A stretch of 64,000 nucleotides of DNA, taken from positions 2,400,001 to 2,464,000 of the forward strand of contig CAVYTA010000006.1 in NCBI GenBank assembly GCA_963771355.1, written 5' to 3'. The stretch comes from an uncultured Candidatus Rokubacteria bacterium. GTDB taxonomy: Bacteria; Methylomirabilota; Methylomirabilia; Rokubacteriales; CSP1-6. Below, in pieces: positions 31,015-41,253 of the stretch. The stretch's first letter is position 1. Each line of letters opens with the position of its first letter. The translations under genes were made by a program, and so were the position numbers. The notes beneath the pieces were generated by a model. That model did no database searches. It saw only the letters and a program-made list of their open reading frames with translations, and was not told the DNA's origin.

Positions 31015-31790
31015 CACCAGTTCCCGCTCGAGCCGCCGCCGCCGAAGGATCCGCCGCCCCCGCTGAACCCGCCACCCGAGCCGCCCCCGCTCGAGCCGCC
31101 CCCGAAACCCCCGAATCCACCGCCCCCGATGTATGGTCCCCACCCGCGGGAGCCGCCCGTCCAGCCATTCCGGCGCGCGCGCATCGCGTTCCGCTGGGCG
31201 GAGAGGACGATGCCCAGGATGACGAGGAGGGTGAAGCCGATGGGAATCAAGGCGGGAATGGAGCCGTCGCGGGACGACGCGCGCCGCCCGTCCGCGCGGT
31301 ACTCCCCCTTGATGGCGGCGTCAATGGCGTCGAGCCCGGCGGCGATGCCGGCGGCGATCTTCCCCTCGCGGAACCGAGGAGCCACCTCCTGGCTCAGGAT
31401 GGCGGACGAGGTGGCGTCGGTCAGCACCCCCTCGAGGCCGTAGCCGACCTCGATCCGCATCTTCCGATCCTCGAGGAAGATCAGGAAGATGACGCCGTTG
31501 TCGAGGCCTTTCTGGCCGATCTTCCACTTCTCGGCGAGCCGGACCGAATAATCCTCGAGACTCTCGCCCTGGAGTGAGCGGAAGATCGCGACCACCACCT
31601 GATTCCGGCTGGTGCGCTCGCGCTCGACGAGGCGCGCCTCGAGCCGGTCACGATCGGCCGGCGCCAGCGCCCCCGCGAAGTCGCTGACGCGGCGGTCGGG
31701 TGAGGGCGGGATGGGCAGAGCGGCGGAGACGGCGCCCGGCGCCGAGACGGCGAGGAGGGCGAGCGCGATCGCCAGTCGGATCGGGCGCAC
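31014..31790 (-). CDS. TPM domain protein (YgcG family) with Gly-rich tail
   Basis: DNGVIFL, RIEVGYGLEG, FSGGGGSFGGGGSSGNW. Confidence 0.92.
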   Translation of the reverse strand: MRPIRLAIALALLAVSAPGAVSAALPIPPSPDRRVSDFAGALAPADRDRLEARLVERERTSRNQVVVAIFRSLQGESLEDYSVRLAEKWKIGQKGLDNGVIFLIFLEDRKMRIEVGYGLEGVLTDATSSAILSQEVAPRFREGKIAAGIAAGLDAIDAAIKGEYRADGRRASSRDGSIPALIPIGFTLLVILGIVLSAQRNAMRARRNGWTGGSRGWGPYIGGGGFGGFGGGSSGGGSGGGFSGGGGSFGGGGSSGNW

Positions 31791-31814
31791 CGGGGGCTCC
31801 GCCGCGGAACGCGG

Positions 31815-32408
31815 CTAGAACTTGACCTTCGGCGCAGCCTCACTGCCGGGCGCGGCCTCGAAGTAGGCCTTCTCCTTGAATCCGCGGAAGGCGGCAACGA
31901 GGCTGCCGGGGAAGAGACGGATCTGCGTGTTGTAGGCCTGCACCGCCTCGTTGAAGCGACGGCGCTCGACCGTGATACGGTTCTCGGTGCCCTCGAGCTG
32001 GCTCTGGAGCGCGAGGAAGTTCGCGTTGGACTTGAGCTCGGGATAGCGCTCGACGGTGACCAGGAGGCGCGACAGCGCGCCGCCCAGCGCGCCCTGCGCG
32101 TCCTGGAACTTCTTCAGCGCGGCCGGGTCGTTCAGCATCTCGGGGCTCAGCGTCATCTGGGATGCGCTCGCCCGCGCCCGCGTGACCTCCTCGAGGACGG
32201 TGCGCTCCTGGGCGGCGAAGCCCTTGACCGTCTCGACGAGGTTCGGGATGAGATCGGCGCGGCGCTGGTACACCGCCTGCACCTGCGCCCAGGCCCCATT
32301 GACGCCCTGCTCGGAGGTGACGAGCCGGTTGTTCACGCCCACGCCCCACATGAAGAGGCCACCCACCACGAGCGCGAGAATGACGAGGACCACGATGATG
32401 GCTTTCAT
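31815..32408 (-). CDS. lemA: LemA family protein
   Basis: YQRRADLIPNLVETVKG, ERYPELKSN, EGTENRI. Confidence 0.95.
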   Translation of the reverse strand: MKAIIVVLVILALVVGGLFMWGVGVNNRLVTSEQGVNGAWAQVQAVYQRRADLIPNLVETVKGFAAQERTVLEEVTRARASASQMTLSPEMLNDPAALKKFQDAQGALGGALSRLLVTVERYPELKSNANFLALQSQLEGTENRITVERRRFNEAVQAYNTQIRLFPGSLVAAFRGFKEKAYFEAAPGSEAAPKVKF

Positions 32409-32437
32409 GCCGTCAGTATAGCGCGACCGGCCGCGTG

Positions 32438-32466
32438 TTGACCGCCCTCGGGGCCCGTGCTAGAAC
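32438..32466 (+). promoter_or_regulatory. Putative sigma70 promoter
   Basis: TTGACC-N17-TAGAAC with an extended TG, upstream of the ACAD operon. Confidence 0.5.
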
Positions 32467-32503
32467 CGGGCCGTACCGTTCGCGACCCCAGGAGGCCCTG
32501 CCC

Positions 32504-33721
32504 ATGGATCTCAACTACACGCCCGAGGATCTGGCCTTTCGCAAGCAGGTGCGCGCGTGGCTCGAGCAAAATCTGCCGGCGGCGCCGCTCCGCAGCCTCG
32601 ACGAGCGCAAGGTGTGGCATCGCAAGCTCTACGAGGCGGGCTTCCTCGGCATGGGCTGGCCCAAGGAATACGGCGGCCAGAGCGCGCGCCCGATGGAGCA
32701 GGCCATCGTGGCCGACGAGATGGCCCGGTCGGGGGCGCCGTCGCCCACCAACGGCCTCGGGCTCGGCATCGTGGGCCCAACCATCGTCGTGCACGGCGAC
32801 GAGTGGCAGAAGAAGCGCTACCTCCAGAAGATCCTCACTGCCGAGGAGATGTGGTGCCAGCTCTACTCGGAGCCGAACTCCGGCTCCGACCTCGCCTCGC
32901 TGAAGACGAGCGCGGAGGACAAGGGCGACCACTTCGTCGTGAACGGGCAGAAGATCTGGACCAGCGGCGGTAAGGTGGCCGACTGGGGCCTGCTGCTCGC
33001 CCGCACCGATCCCAAGGTGGCCAAGCACAAGGGCATCTCCTGCTTCCTCATGTCCATGCGCCAGCCCGGCGTGGAGGTCCGGCCGCTCAAGCAGATGACC
33101 GGCTCCGCCGAGTTCTGCGAGGTGTTCATGACGGGGGCGCGCGTGGAGAAGGACAATCTGATCGGCCGACTGGGCGAGGGCTGGGCCATCGCCAATACCA
33201 CGCTCGGCTATGAGCGGGGCGGGCGCTCCCTGGCGCGCATCTCCGGCTATGCCTCCCAGTACCACCACCTGGTCGGGGCGGTTCGACGGCTGAAGCGCCA
33301 CGGGCAACCGCTCATCGAGAGCCCGCTCGTGCGGCAGAAGCTCGGGAAGATCTGGGCGGACCTCGAGGTCGAGCGCTACAACGCGCTCCGCGTGCTCACC
33401 CAGCTCGAGAAGGGCGAGCATCCCGGCGCGGGCGGCTCGCTCACCAAGCTGTCCTACTCGGAGTTCGAGAAGCGCTTCATGGAGATGGCCCAGGAAATCC
33501 TGGGGCCCTACGGCCAGCTCACCGACGGCGCGCCGCCGGAGCTGGCGCTGGAGATCGACACCGCGGTGGGCGACCAGGGCACCTGGGCCTATGCCTTCCT
33601 GTGGTCGCGGGCGGGCACCATCTACGCGGGCTCCTCCGAGATCCAGAAGAACGTCATCGGCGAGCGCATTCTTGGGTTGCCGAAAGAGTCACGCGCCGAC
33701 CGCGCGGGGGTCGCCCGATGA
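32504..33721 (+). CDS. Acyl-CoA dehydrogenase (large/catalytic subunit type)
   Basis: WCQLYSEPNSGSDLASL, NGQKIWTS, EFCEVF, TIYAGSSEIQ. Confidence 0.93.
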   Translation: MDLNYTPEDLAFRKQVRAWLEQNLPAAPLRSLDERKVWHRKLYEAGFLGMGWPKEYGGQSARPMEQAIVADEMARSGAPSPTNGLGLGIVGPTIVVHGDEWQKKRYLQKILTAEEMWCQLYSEPNSGSDLASLKTSAEDKGDHFVVNGQKIWTSGGKVADWGLLLARTDPKVAKHKGISCFLMSMRQPGVEVRPLKQMTGSAEFCEVFMTGARVEKDNLIGRLGEGWAIANTTLGYERGGRSLARISGYASQYHHLVGAVRRLKRHGQPLIESPLVRQKLGKIWADLEVERYNALRVLTQLEKGEHPGAGGSLTKLSYSEFEKRFMEMAQEILGPYGQLTDGAPPELALEIDTAVGDQGTWAYAFLWSRAGTIYAGSSEIQKNVIGERILGLPKESRADRAGVAR

Positions 33722-34842
33722 ACTTCGCCTTCAGCGACGACCAGACTCTCCTGAAGAACTCCGCGCGGGCGCTCCTCGACGAGCACTGCAAGCCCGAGCA
33801 CGTGCGGGCCATGCAGGAGGACGCGCGCGGCTACGGCGAGGCCCTGTGGGGCGAGATGGCCAAGCTGGGCTGGCTGGGCCTGCCCTTTCCCGAGCAGTAC
33901 GGAGGGGCCGGGCTGGGGCTCGTCGAGCTCGCCCTCCTCCACGAGGAGATGGGGCGGGTGGCGTATCCCGGGCCCTTCCTGGCCACCGTGATCCTGGGTG
34001 GTCTGCCGCTGCTCCTCGGCGGCTCCGCCGCCCAGAAGGAGAAGTGGCTGCCCGCCATCGCCTCGGGGCGCGCGCGGGTCACTGCTGCGCTGCAGGAGGA
34101 AAGCCTCGACTGGAATCCGGCCTCCATCGCCGCCACCGCCGTGCGCGCGGACGCGGGCTGGACGATCTCGGGCGTGAAGCGGTTCGTGCCGTGGGCCCAG
34201 GCGGCGGACGCGGTGCTGGTGCCCGCCCGCACCGCCGAAGGCGTGTCGCTGTTCATCGTGGACCCGAAAGCTTCCGGGGTCACGCTCCGCCCGACCACCG
34301 GCATGGACCTGACGACCAGATGGTCCGAGCTCACGCTCGGCGGCGTCGCCGTCGGCGCCGACGCGCTGGTGGGCCCGGCGGGAGGCGCGGGCCCGCTCCT
34401 GGACTCGGCCCTCCGCCGCGCCGCCGTCTGCGCCTCCGCGGAGATGCTGGGCGCCGCGCGCCGCTCCCTCGACATGGCCGTCGGCTACGCCAAGGTGCGC
34501 GAGCAGTTCGGGCAGCTCATCGGCACCTTCCAGGCCATTCGGCACAAGTGCGCGGAGATGCTCATGGAGGTGGAGAATAGCCATTCCGCCGTGTACTACG
34601 CGGCGTGGGCACTGGAGAACGGCGCCGAGGACGCCGCCGTGGCCGCCTCCATCTGCAAGTCCTACGTGAGCGACTCCGCCCGCCGCGTCTGCGGCGAGGC
34701 CATCCAGGTGCACGGCGGCATCGGCTTTACCTGGGAATACGATCTCCACCTCTACTTCAAGCGCGCCAAGTCGCTGGAGGTGCAGTTCGGCGACGCGGAA
34801 TACCACCGCGAGCTGATCGCCAAGCACGTCGCGAATTCATGA
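33718..34842 (+). CDS. Acyl-CoA dehydrogenase (small/partner subunit type)
   Basis: REQFG..IGTFQAIRH, QVHGGIGFTWE; ATGA coupling to the previous gene. Confidence 0.92.
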   Translation: MNFAFSDDQTLLKNSARALLDEHCKPEHVRAMQEDARGYGEALWGEMAKLGWLGLPFPEQYGGAGLGLVELALLHEEMGRVAYPGPFLATVILGGLPLLLGGSAAQKEKWLPAIASGRARVTAALQEESLDWNPASIAATAVRADAGWTISGVKRFVPWAQAADAVLVPARTAEGVSLFIVDPKASGVTLRPTTGMDLTTRWSELTLGGVAVGADALVGPAGGAGPLLDSALRRAAVCASAEMLGAARRSLDMAVGYAKVREQFGQLIGTFQAIRHKCAEMLMEVENSHSAVYYAAWALENGAEDAAVAASICKSYVSDSARRVCGEAIQVHGGIGFTWEYDLHLYFKRAKSLEVQFGDAEYHRELIAKHVANS

Positions 34843-36002
34843 CTTCCGGCGCGCTCGCCGGCGTCACCGTTGTCGATCTCACCTCGTACATCGCCGGCTC
34901 CTACGCGGCGATGATGCTGGCCGACCTCGGAGCCGACGTGATCAAGGTGGAGGGCCTGGAGGGCGACTCCTTTCGCGAGCTGCCCGGCTTCTACGGCTGG
35001 AACCGGGGCAAGCGCTCCATCGCGGTGAATCTCAAAGCGCCGGACGGGCGCGCCCTCGTCCACCGCCTGGCCCGGCGCGCCGACGTCGCGATGGAGAACA
35101 TGCGGCCCGGCGTATGCGACCGGCTGGGCGTGGGTTACGAGGACCTCCGCGCCGTCAACCCGCGCCTCATCTATTCCTCCGTCACCGCCTTCGGCCCCGA
35201 CGGTCCCTACCAGGAGCGGCCGGGCTTCGATCCCCTGCTCCAGGCCATGGGCGGCGTCATGACCACCCAGGGTTTCGGCGGGCCGCCCAAGTACATGCGC
35301 ATCGCCGTGACCGACTACTACACCGCCGCCCTTTCCTGCCAGGCCATCCTGGCCGCGCTCTTCGTCCGCGAGCGCACCGGTCGCGGCCAGCACGTGCGCA
35401 CCTCGCTCCTCCAGGGGGTGATGGCGCTGCAGTCGGGCAGCGTGGTGGACTATCCCGGCCGGGACACGGTGTATCGCGACACCCCCACCTATCGCATCTA
35501 CCAGGCGAGCGACGGCGAGTGGTTCTTCCTCGCCGTCGGCAACCAGTCCTTCTTCCGCAAGCTCTGCCAGGCCGTGGGGCATCCCGAGATGGCGGACGAC
35601 CCCCGCTTCGGCTCCTGGCTCGCGCGCCGGGACAACGGCGACGAGCTGATGACGCAGCTCGAGGAGACCTTCGCCTCCAAGCCCCGCGCGGAATGGCTGC
35701 GCATCCTGGCCGAGCACGACATCCCCGCCGCGGGCACCCAGACCATCCACGACTTCATGCGGGACCCGGCCGTGCTGCACCAGAAGATGGTGGTCCAGTA
35801 CGATCACCCGGAGCGCGGCCCCCTCACCCTCATGGGCCAGCCGCTCCGCTTCTCCGAGACGCAGGCGGAGGACGCGGGCCCGCCGCCCACCCTCGGCCAG
35901 CACACCGACGACATTCTTCACCAGGCCGGCTACTCCGACGCCGAGATCGCCGACCTTCGCCGGCGCGGCGTGGTGGGCGGCAAGCCGCCCGCGGGAGCCT
36001 GA
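34839..36002 (+). CDS. CoA-transferase family III
   Basis: DLTSYIAG, GADVIKVE, NRGKRS, PGFD, PPTLGQHT. Confidence 0.92.
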   Translation: MTSGALAGVTVVDLTSYIAGSYAAMMLADLGADVIKVEGLEGDSFRELPGFYGWNRGKRSIAVNLKAPDGRALVHRLARRADVAMENMRPGVCDRLGVGYEDLRAVNPRLIYSSVTAFGPDGPYQERPGFDPLLQAMGGVMTTQGFGGPPKYMRIAVTDYYTAALSCQAILAALFVRERTGRGQHVRTSLLQGVMALQSGSVVDYPGRDTVYRDTPTYRIYQASDGEWFFLAVGNQSFFRKLCQAVGHPEMADDPRFGSWLARRDNGDELMTQLEETFASKPRAEWLRILAEHDIPAAGTQTIHDFMRDPAVLHQKMVVQYDHPERGPLTLMGQPLRFSETQAEDAGPPPTLGQHTDDILHQAGYSDAEIADLRRRGVVGGKPPAGA

Positions 36003-36008
36003 ATCGCC

Positions 36009-36791
36009 ATGGCCTACTCGACCATTCGCTTCGCCACTGCCGACCACCTGGCCACCGTCACCCTCGACCGGCCCGACGTCCACAACGCCATGAACAACAC
36101 CATGCGCGAGGAGCTGCTCGACGTCTTCACTCGGCTGGCCAAGGACGACGACGTGCGCGTGATCCTCGTCACCGGCGCGGGCGAGCGGGCCTTCTCCGCC
36201 GGAGCGGATATCCGCGAGTTCGTGGAGCCCCTGGTGCCCACGACCTTCCGGGAATCGCGCAAGCGGATCGACTTCCGGCAGGTGATGGACCGCTGCCCCC
36301 AGCCCATCATCGCCGCCATTCGCGGCTATGCCTTCGGCGGCGGCCTCGAGCTGGCCCTGGCCTGCGACATCCGAATCGCCGCCGACGACGCGCAGCTGGG
36401 GCTCACCGAGATCAACCTCGCCATCATCCCGGGCGGCGGCGGCACCCAGCGCCTGCCCCGCCTGGTTGGGCGCGGCAAGGCGCTCGAGATGATCCTCACC
36501 GGCGCGCGGATCTCCGCCGCGGAGGCGCTCCGCATCGGCCTGGTGGAGCGCGTGGTGCCCGCCGTCGATCTCGCCGCCAGCGCGGCCACTCTCGCCCGCA
36601 CCATCGCCGAGAAGGCGCCCATCGCGCTGCGCTACGCCAAGGAAGCGGTGGTGGGCGGGCTGGCCCTGCCCCTGGCCGACGGCCTCCGCCTCGAGGGTGA
36701 TCTCTCCACGCTGCTTCGCACCACCGAGGACCGCATGGAGGGCGCGCGCGCCTTCCTCGAGAAGCGGAAGCCGAGCTGGGGCGGCCGGTAG
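36009..36791 (+). CDS. Enoyl-CoA hydratase
   Basis: AFSAGADI, GGGLE, EINLAIIPGGGGTQRL. Confidence 0.93.
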   Translation: MAYSTIRFATADHLATVTLDRPDVHNAMNNTMREELLDVFTRLAKDDDVRVILVTGAGERAFSAGADIREFVEPLVPTTFRESRKRIDFRQVMDRCPQPIIAAIRGYAFGGGLELALACDIRIAADDAQLGLTEINLAIIPGGGGTQRLPRLVGRGKALEMILTGARISAAEALRIGLVERVVPAVDLAASAATLARTIAEKAPIALRYAKEAVVGGLALPLADGLRLEGDLSTLLRTTEDRMEGARAFLEKRKPSWGGR

Positions 36792-36803
36792 CAGCGCCCG
36801 ACA

Positions 36804-39800
36804 ATGAAATGTTCCCGGTGTCAGCACGAGAACGAGGCGGGCGCGAAGTTCTGCGAGGAATGTGCCACGCCGCTGGCCCGGGCGTGCGCCAAGTGCGGTC
36901 GGCAACTATCCCCGACGGCGAAGTTCTGCCCCGAGTGTGCGCACCCAGCCGGGTTATCTGCCGCGCCGCCTCCGTCTCACCGATTCGATTCCCCGGAGTC
37001 CTACACCCCCAAGCACCTCGCCGATAAGATCCTCACCTCCAAGAGCGCGCTGGAGGGCGAGCGCAAGCTAGTAACGGTGCTCTTCGCCGACCTCAAGGGC
37101 TCGATGGAGTTGCTGGCTGATCGCGACCCCGAGGAGGCCCGGAAGCTCCTGGACCCCGTCCTCGAGCGGATGATGGAGGCCGTCCACCGCTACGAGGGCA
37201 CCGTGAACCAGGTCATGGGTGACGGGATCATGGCCCTCTTCGGCGCCCCGCTCGCGCACGAGGATCACGCCGTGCGGGCCTGCTACGCAGCATTGCGGAT
37301 GCAGGAGTCCATCAAGCGGTATGCCGAGGAGGTACACCGCACCGCGGGCGTGCCCGTGCATATCCGGGTCGGCGTGAACTCGGGGGAGGTGGTTGTCCGC
37401 TCCATCGGCAGCGACCTCCACATGGACTATACGGCCGTCGGCCAGACGACCAACCTGGCAGCGCGCCTGGAGCAGATGGCCATGCCGGGGTCCATCCTCA
37501 TTGCGCCCGAGACCCTGAATCTGGCGGAAGGGTACGTCGTGGTGAAGCCCCTGGGTGAGCGGCCGGTCAAGGGCCTGGACGCCCCGATCGAGCTCTTCGA
37601 GGTCGTCGGCGCCGGGACCGTGCGCTCGCGGCTGCAGGCGGCCGCCGCCCGTGGCCTCACGCGCTTCGTCGGACGCGACCCGGAGATGGAGCAGCTCCGC
37701 CAGGCCCTGGATCGTGCCGGCATCGGGCACGGCCAGGTCGTGGCCATCGTCGGCGAGCCCGGTGTAGGCAAGTCTCGCCTCTTCTGGGAGTTCACCCACG
37801 CCCACCGCACGCAGGGCTGGTTGATCGTCGAGAGCATCTCGGTCTCCTATGGAAAGGCGACGGCGTTTCTGCCGCTCATCGAGCTCCTCCGGGGCTATTT
37901 CCAGATCGAGGGGCGCGATGAAGCACGCAAGATCCGCGAGAAGGTGACGGGAAAGCTCCTCTCCCTGGACCGAGCGCTGGAGCCCTCCCTCCCGGCGCTG
38001 CTCTGGCTCCTCGAGGTGCCTGTCGACGACCCCCAGTGGCAGCGTCTCGACCCCCCGCAGCGCCGCCAGCAGACGCTCGACGGGATCAAGCGGTTGCTCC
38101 TGCGGGAGAGCCAGGTCCAGCCGCTGCTGCTGGTGTTCGAGGACTTGCACTGGATCGACGCCGAGACCCAGGCGCTCCTGGACAGCGTGGTGGAGAGCCT
38201 GCCCACCGCCAGGCTGCTGCTCTTGGTGAACTATCGACCGGAATACCAGCACGCCTGGGGCAGTAAGACCTACTATCGGCAGCTTCGCATCGACCCCCTC
38301 CCCCCGAGAGCGCCGAGGAGCTGCTCGAGGCCTTGCTTGGGAGCCACGCGAGTCTTCAACCGCTCAAGCGGCTGTTGTTCGAGCGGACCGAGGGCAACCC
38401 CTTCTTCCTTGAAGAGAGCGTCCGGACGCTGGTCGAGACGCAGGTCCTGGCGGGGGCGCGAGGGGCCTACCACCTGGCGAGGGCGTCCCACACCCTGCAG
38501 ATCCCGGCGACGGCGCAGGCCATCCTGGCCGCCCGTATCGACCGGCTCGCGCCCGACGACAAGCGGCTCCTCCAGGCTGCCTCTGTCATCGGCAAGGATG
38601 TGTCCTTCACGCTCCTCGAGGCCGTCGCCGAGGGGCCGGAGGAAGGACTCCGCCGCGGTCTCGCCAACCTCCAGGCCGCCGAGTTCCTCTACGAGGCGCG
38701 CCTCTTCCCGGACCTCGAGTACACGTTCAAGCACGCGCTGACCCACGACGTCGCGTATGGGAGCCTCCTTCAGGAGCGGCGGCGAGCACTGCACGCCAGA
38801 ATCGTGGACACGATCGAGACGCTCTACCCCGAACGCCTCACCGAACAGGTGGAGCGGCTGGCCCACCACGCCTTCCGGGGCGCGCTGTGGGAGAAGGCGG
38901 TGACTTACCTCCGTCAGGCCGGCGCCAAGGCATTCGCGCGCTCGGCCCACCGAGAGTCGGTCGCCTGTCTCGAGCAGGCCCTGGCGGCACTGGAGCATCT
39001 GCCGGAGGCCCGCGAGACGCTGGAGCAGGCGATCGATCTGCGGGTCGATCTGCGCCACGCGCTCTGGCCGCTCGGCGAGGTTGGAAGGACCCTCGACCAC
39101 CTCCAGAGTGCCGAGACCATGGCCGAGAGCCTCGCGGACGAGCGCCGGCTGAGCCGGATCCTGTCCACGATGGGGTATTCCTTCTGGATGCTGGGCGATC
39201 CCGATCGGGTCGTCGTGTCCAACCGGCGTGCCCTCGCGATTGCCACCAGCCTGGGAGACTTCGCCCTCGAGGCCGCGGCGAACTTCGCCCTCGGGCTGGC
39301 CTACCATGGCCTCGGTGAGTACCATCGGGCGAGCGAGCCCCTCAATAGGAACATCGTCTCCCTCCAGGGCGAGCGGATGTACGGCCGTTTCGGCACCGCC
39401 GGTCTCACCTCCGTCCTGTCCATCATGGCGTTGGCCTGGTGCCAGGCCGAGCTTGGATCCTTCGTCGAGGGGATCGCCCGTGGAGAAGAAGGCGTTCGGA
39501 TTGCCCAGACGGTCGATCACAAGCTGAGCCTGATGTTCGCGGACGTGGGGGTTGGTCAGCTCTACCTTGTCCAGGGGGACCTCGTCCGGGCCATCCCGAC
39601 ACTCGAACGCGGACTAGCAACCTGCCGCGCGTGGGACTTCCCGTCCTGGCTTCCGTGGCTGGCTTCACGGGTGGGCGCGGCGTACGTCCTGGCCGGTCGT
39701 GTCGCCGACGGACTGCAGCTGCTGGAGCAGTCGGTGGAGCAAGCTGAGTCCATGCGATGGAGGGCGGATGCGTCGGCGCTCGCCGCCAGGTTGAGCGAGG

Positions 39801-40180
39801 CATACCTCGGGGCCGGCCGCGTTCAGGATGCGTCTGCACTGGCCGCGCGTGCCCTCGACCTCTCGGTGGAGCACAAGGGCCGCGGCAATCAGGGCTGGGC
39901 TCTGCGCTTGCTCGGCGAGATCGCTTCCCGATGTGATCGGCCCGATCAGGCTGAAGGGTATTACCGGCAGGCTCTCGTCCTGGCCGAGGAGTTGGGGATG
40001 CGCCCGCTCGCGGCCCACTGCCACTTTGGGCTCGGCAAGCTGGCTCGCGGACCGAGCGACCGCGCGACGGCGGAAGAGCACTTGGCGACCGCGACGGCGA
40101 TGTATCGCGAGATGGGCATGAGCTTCTGGCTGGAGAAAGCGGAGGCGGCGTTGGGCCCGCTCCACAAGCACTCACCCTGA
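36804..40180 (+). CDS. Double zinc-ribbon + class III cyclase + STAND/AAA NTPase + TPR protein; frameshift in a C run at 38300-38305
   Basis: CxxC repeats; VLFADLKGS, MGDGIMALFG, NLAARL; GEPGVGKS, FEDLHW; GNPFF, FKHAL and TPR-like helices in the second frame. Confidence 0.88.
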
Positions 40181-40193
40181 ACCTGGCTCCGGG

Positions 40194-41168
40194 ATGCCCT
40201 TCGCGTACTTCAAGCGGCTCGATCGCCGCCAGCAGGCGATCTATCTCCGCAGTGACGCGGTCACCGCGGTGCCGCTATCGCGTCCGGAGGCCCTGCGCCC
40301 CTTCGTGGGCGAGCTGGCGGAGGCGCTGAGCGGCGAGGAGCGCGTCCCCACCGAGGTGGCCGCCCAGAAGCTCGTGTCCGCCCTCGCCGCCGCGCTGGGC
40401 CTGCCCGCAGTGCGCGTCCAGGTCCTGGCCGCGCGGCCGCACGCGCGCTGGGGGGAGCTGCACGGGCTCTACGAGTGGGAGCGCGGCCGCGGCGAGCCGC
40501 CCCTCATCACGCTGTGGATGCGGACGGCCAAGCAGCGTCGCGTGGTGGCGTTCCGCACCTTTCTCCGGACCCTGCTCCACGAGGTCGGGCACCACCTGGA
40601 CTACGCGGGCCTCGGGCTCGGCGATTCCTTCCACACCCAGGGCTTCTACGCGCGGGAATCGCACCTCTTCCACCAGCTCGTGACCGACGGAGACCGCGGC
40701 ATGACGACCCTCGAGGAGCAACTGGCGCGCATGGAGCGGACGGCGGACGACCTCGCCGCGGCCATCCGGGGCGTCCCCGAGGCCGCGCTCGCAAAGCGGC
40801 CCGACCGCCAGAGCTGGTGCGCCACGGAAGTGGTCTGCCACCTGCGGGACACCGAGGAGCTGTTCCTCGCCTTCTTCCAGACCATGCTCGACCTGGACGA
40901 GCCGACCTACTCGGGCGGAGAGCCGGATCGCTGGGCGGAGGACCGCCAGTACATGCGGAACGACGCCGGCGAGGCGCTGGCCGCGTTCCGCCGGCGACGC
41001 GCGGAATCGCTGGCCTTCTTGCGCCACCTGCGGCCGGCCGACTGGGATCGCGTGGGCGTGCACCCGACCCGCGGACGGCTCAGGTTGCGCGACTTCGCCG
41101 GGCTCATGGCCGGGCACGACGACAACCACCTCGACCAGCTCAAGCGCGCGCTGGACGGAAAGTCCTGA
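40194..41168 (+). CDS. Zincin-like (HExxH) domain fused to a DinB-family domain
   Basis: LLHEVGHH...FH in the N-half; WCATEVVCHLRD...GHDDNHL in the C-half. Confidence 0.78.
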   Translation: MPFAYFKRLDRRQQAIYLRSDAVTAVPLSRPEALRPFVGELAEALSGEERVPTEVAAQKLVSALAAALGLPAVRVQVLAARPHARWGELHGLYEWERGRGEPPLITLWMRTAKQRRVVAFRTFLRTLLHEVGHHLDYAGLGLGDSFHTQGFYARESHLFHQLVTDGDRGMTTLEEQLARMERTADDLAAAIRGVPEAALAKRPDRQSWCATEVVCHLRDTEELFLAFFQTMLDLDEPTYSGGEPDRWAEDRQYMRNDAGEALAAFRRRRAESLAFLRHLRPADWDRVGVHPTRGRLRLRDFAGLMAGHDDNHLDQLKRALDGKS

Positions 41169-41253
41169 ACCTGGGGTAGAATCGCCACGGCCCGCTCCGC
41201 AGTGTCGCGACGCGCGGCGTGAACCCGAACGCGACTCGAAAGGAGAACTCACC

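Noticed and set aside
31014..31140. GGC-rich low-complexity repeat
   Set aside because: Normal Gly-rich tail of YgcG/TPM proteins.
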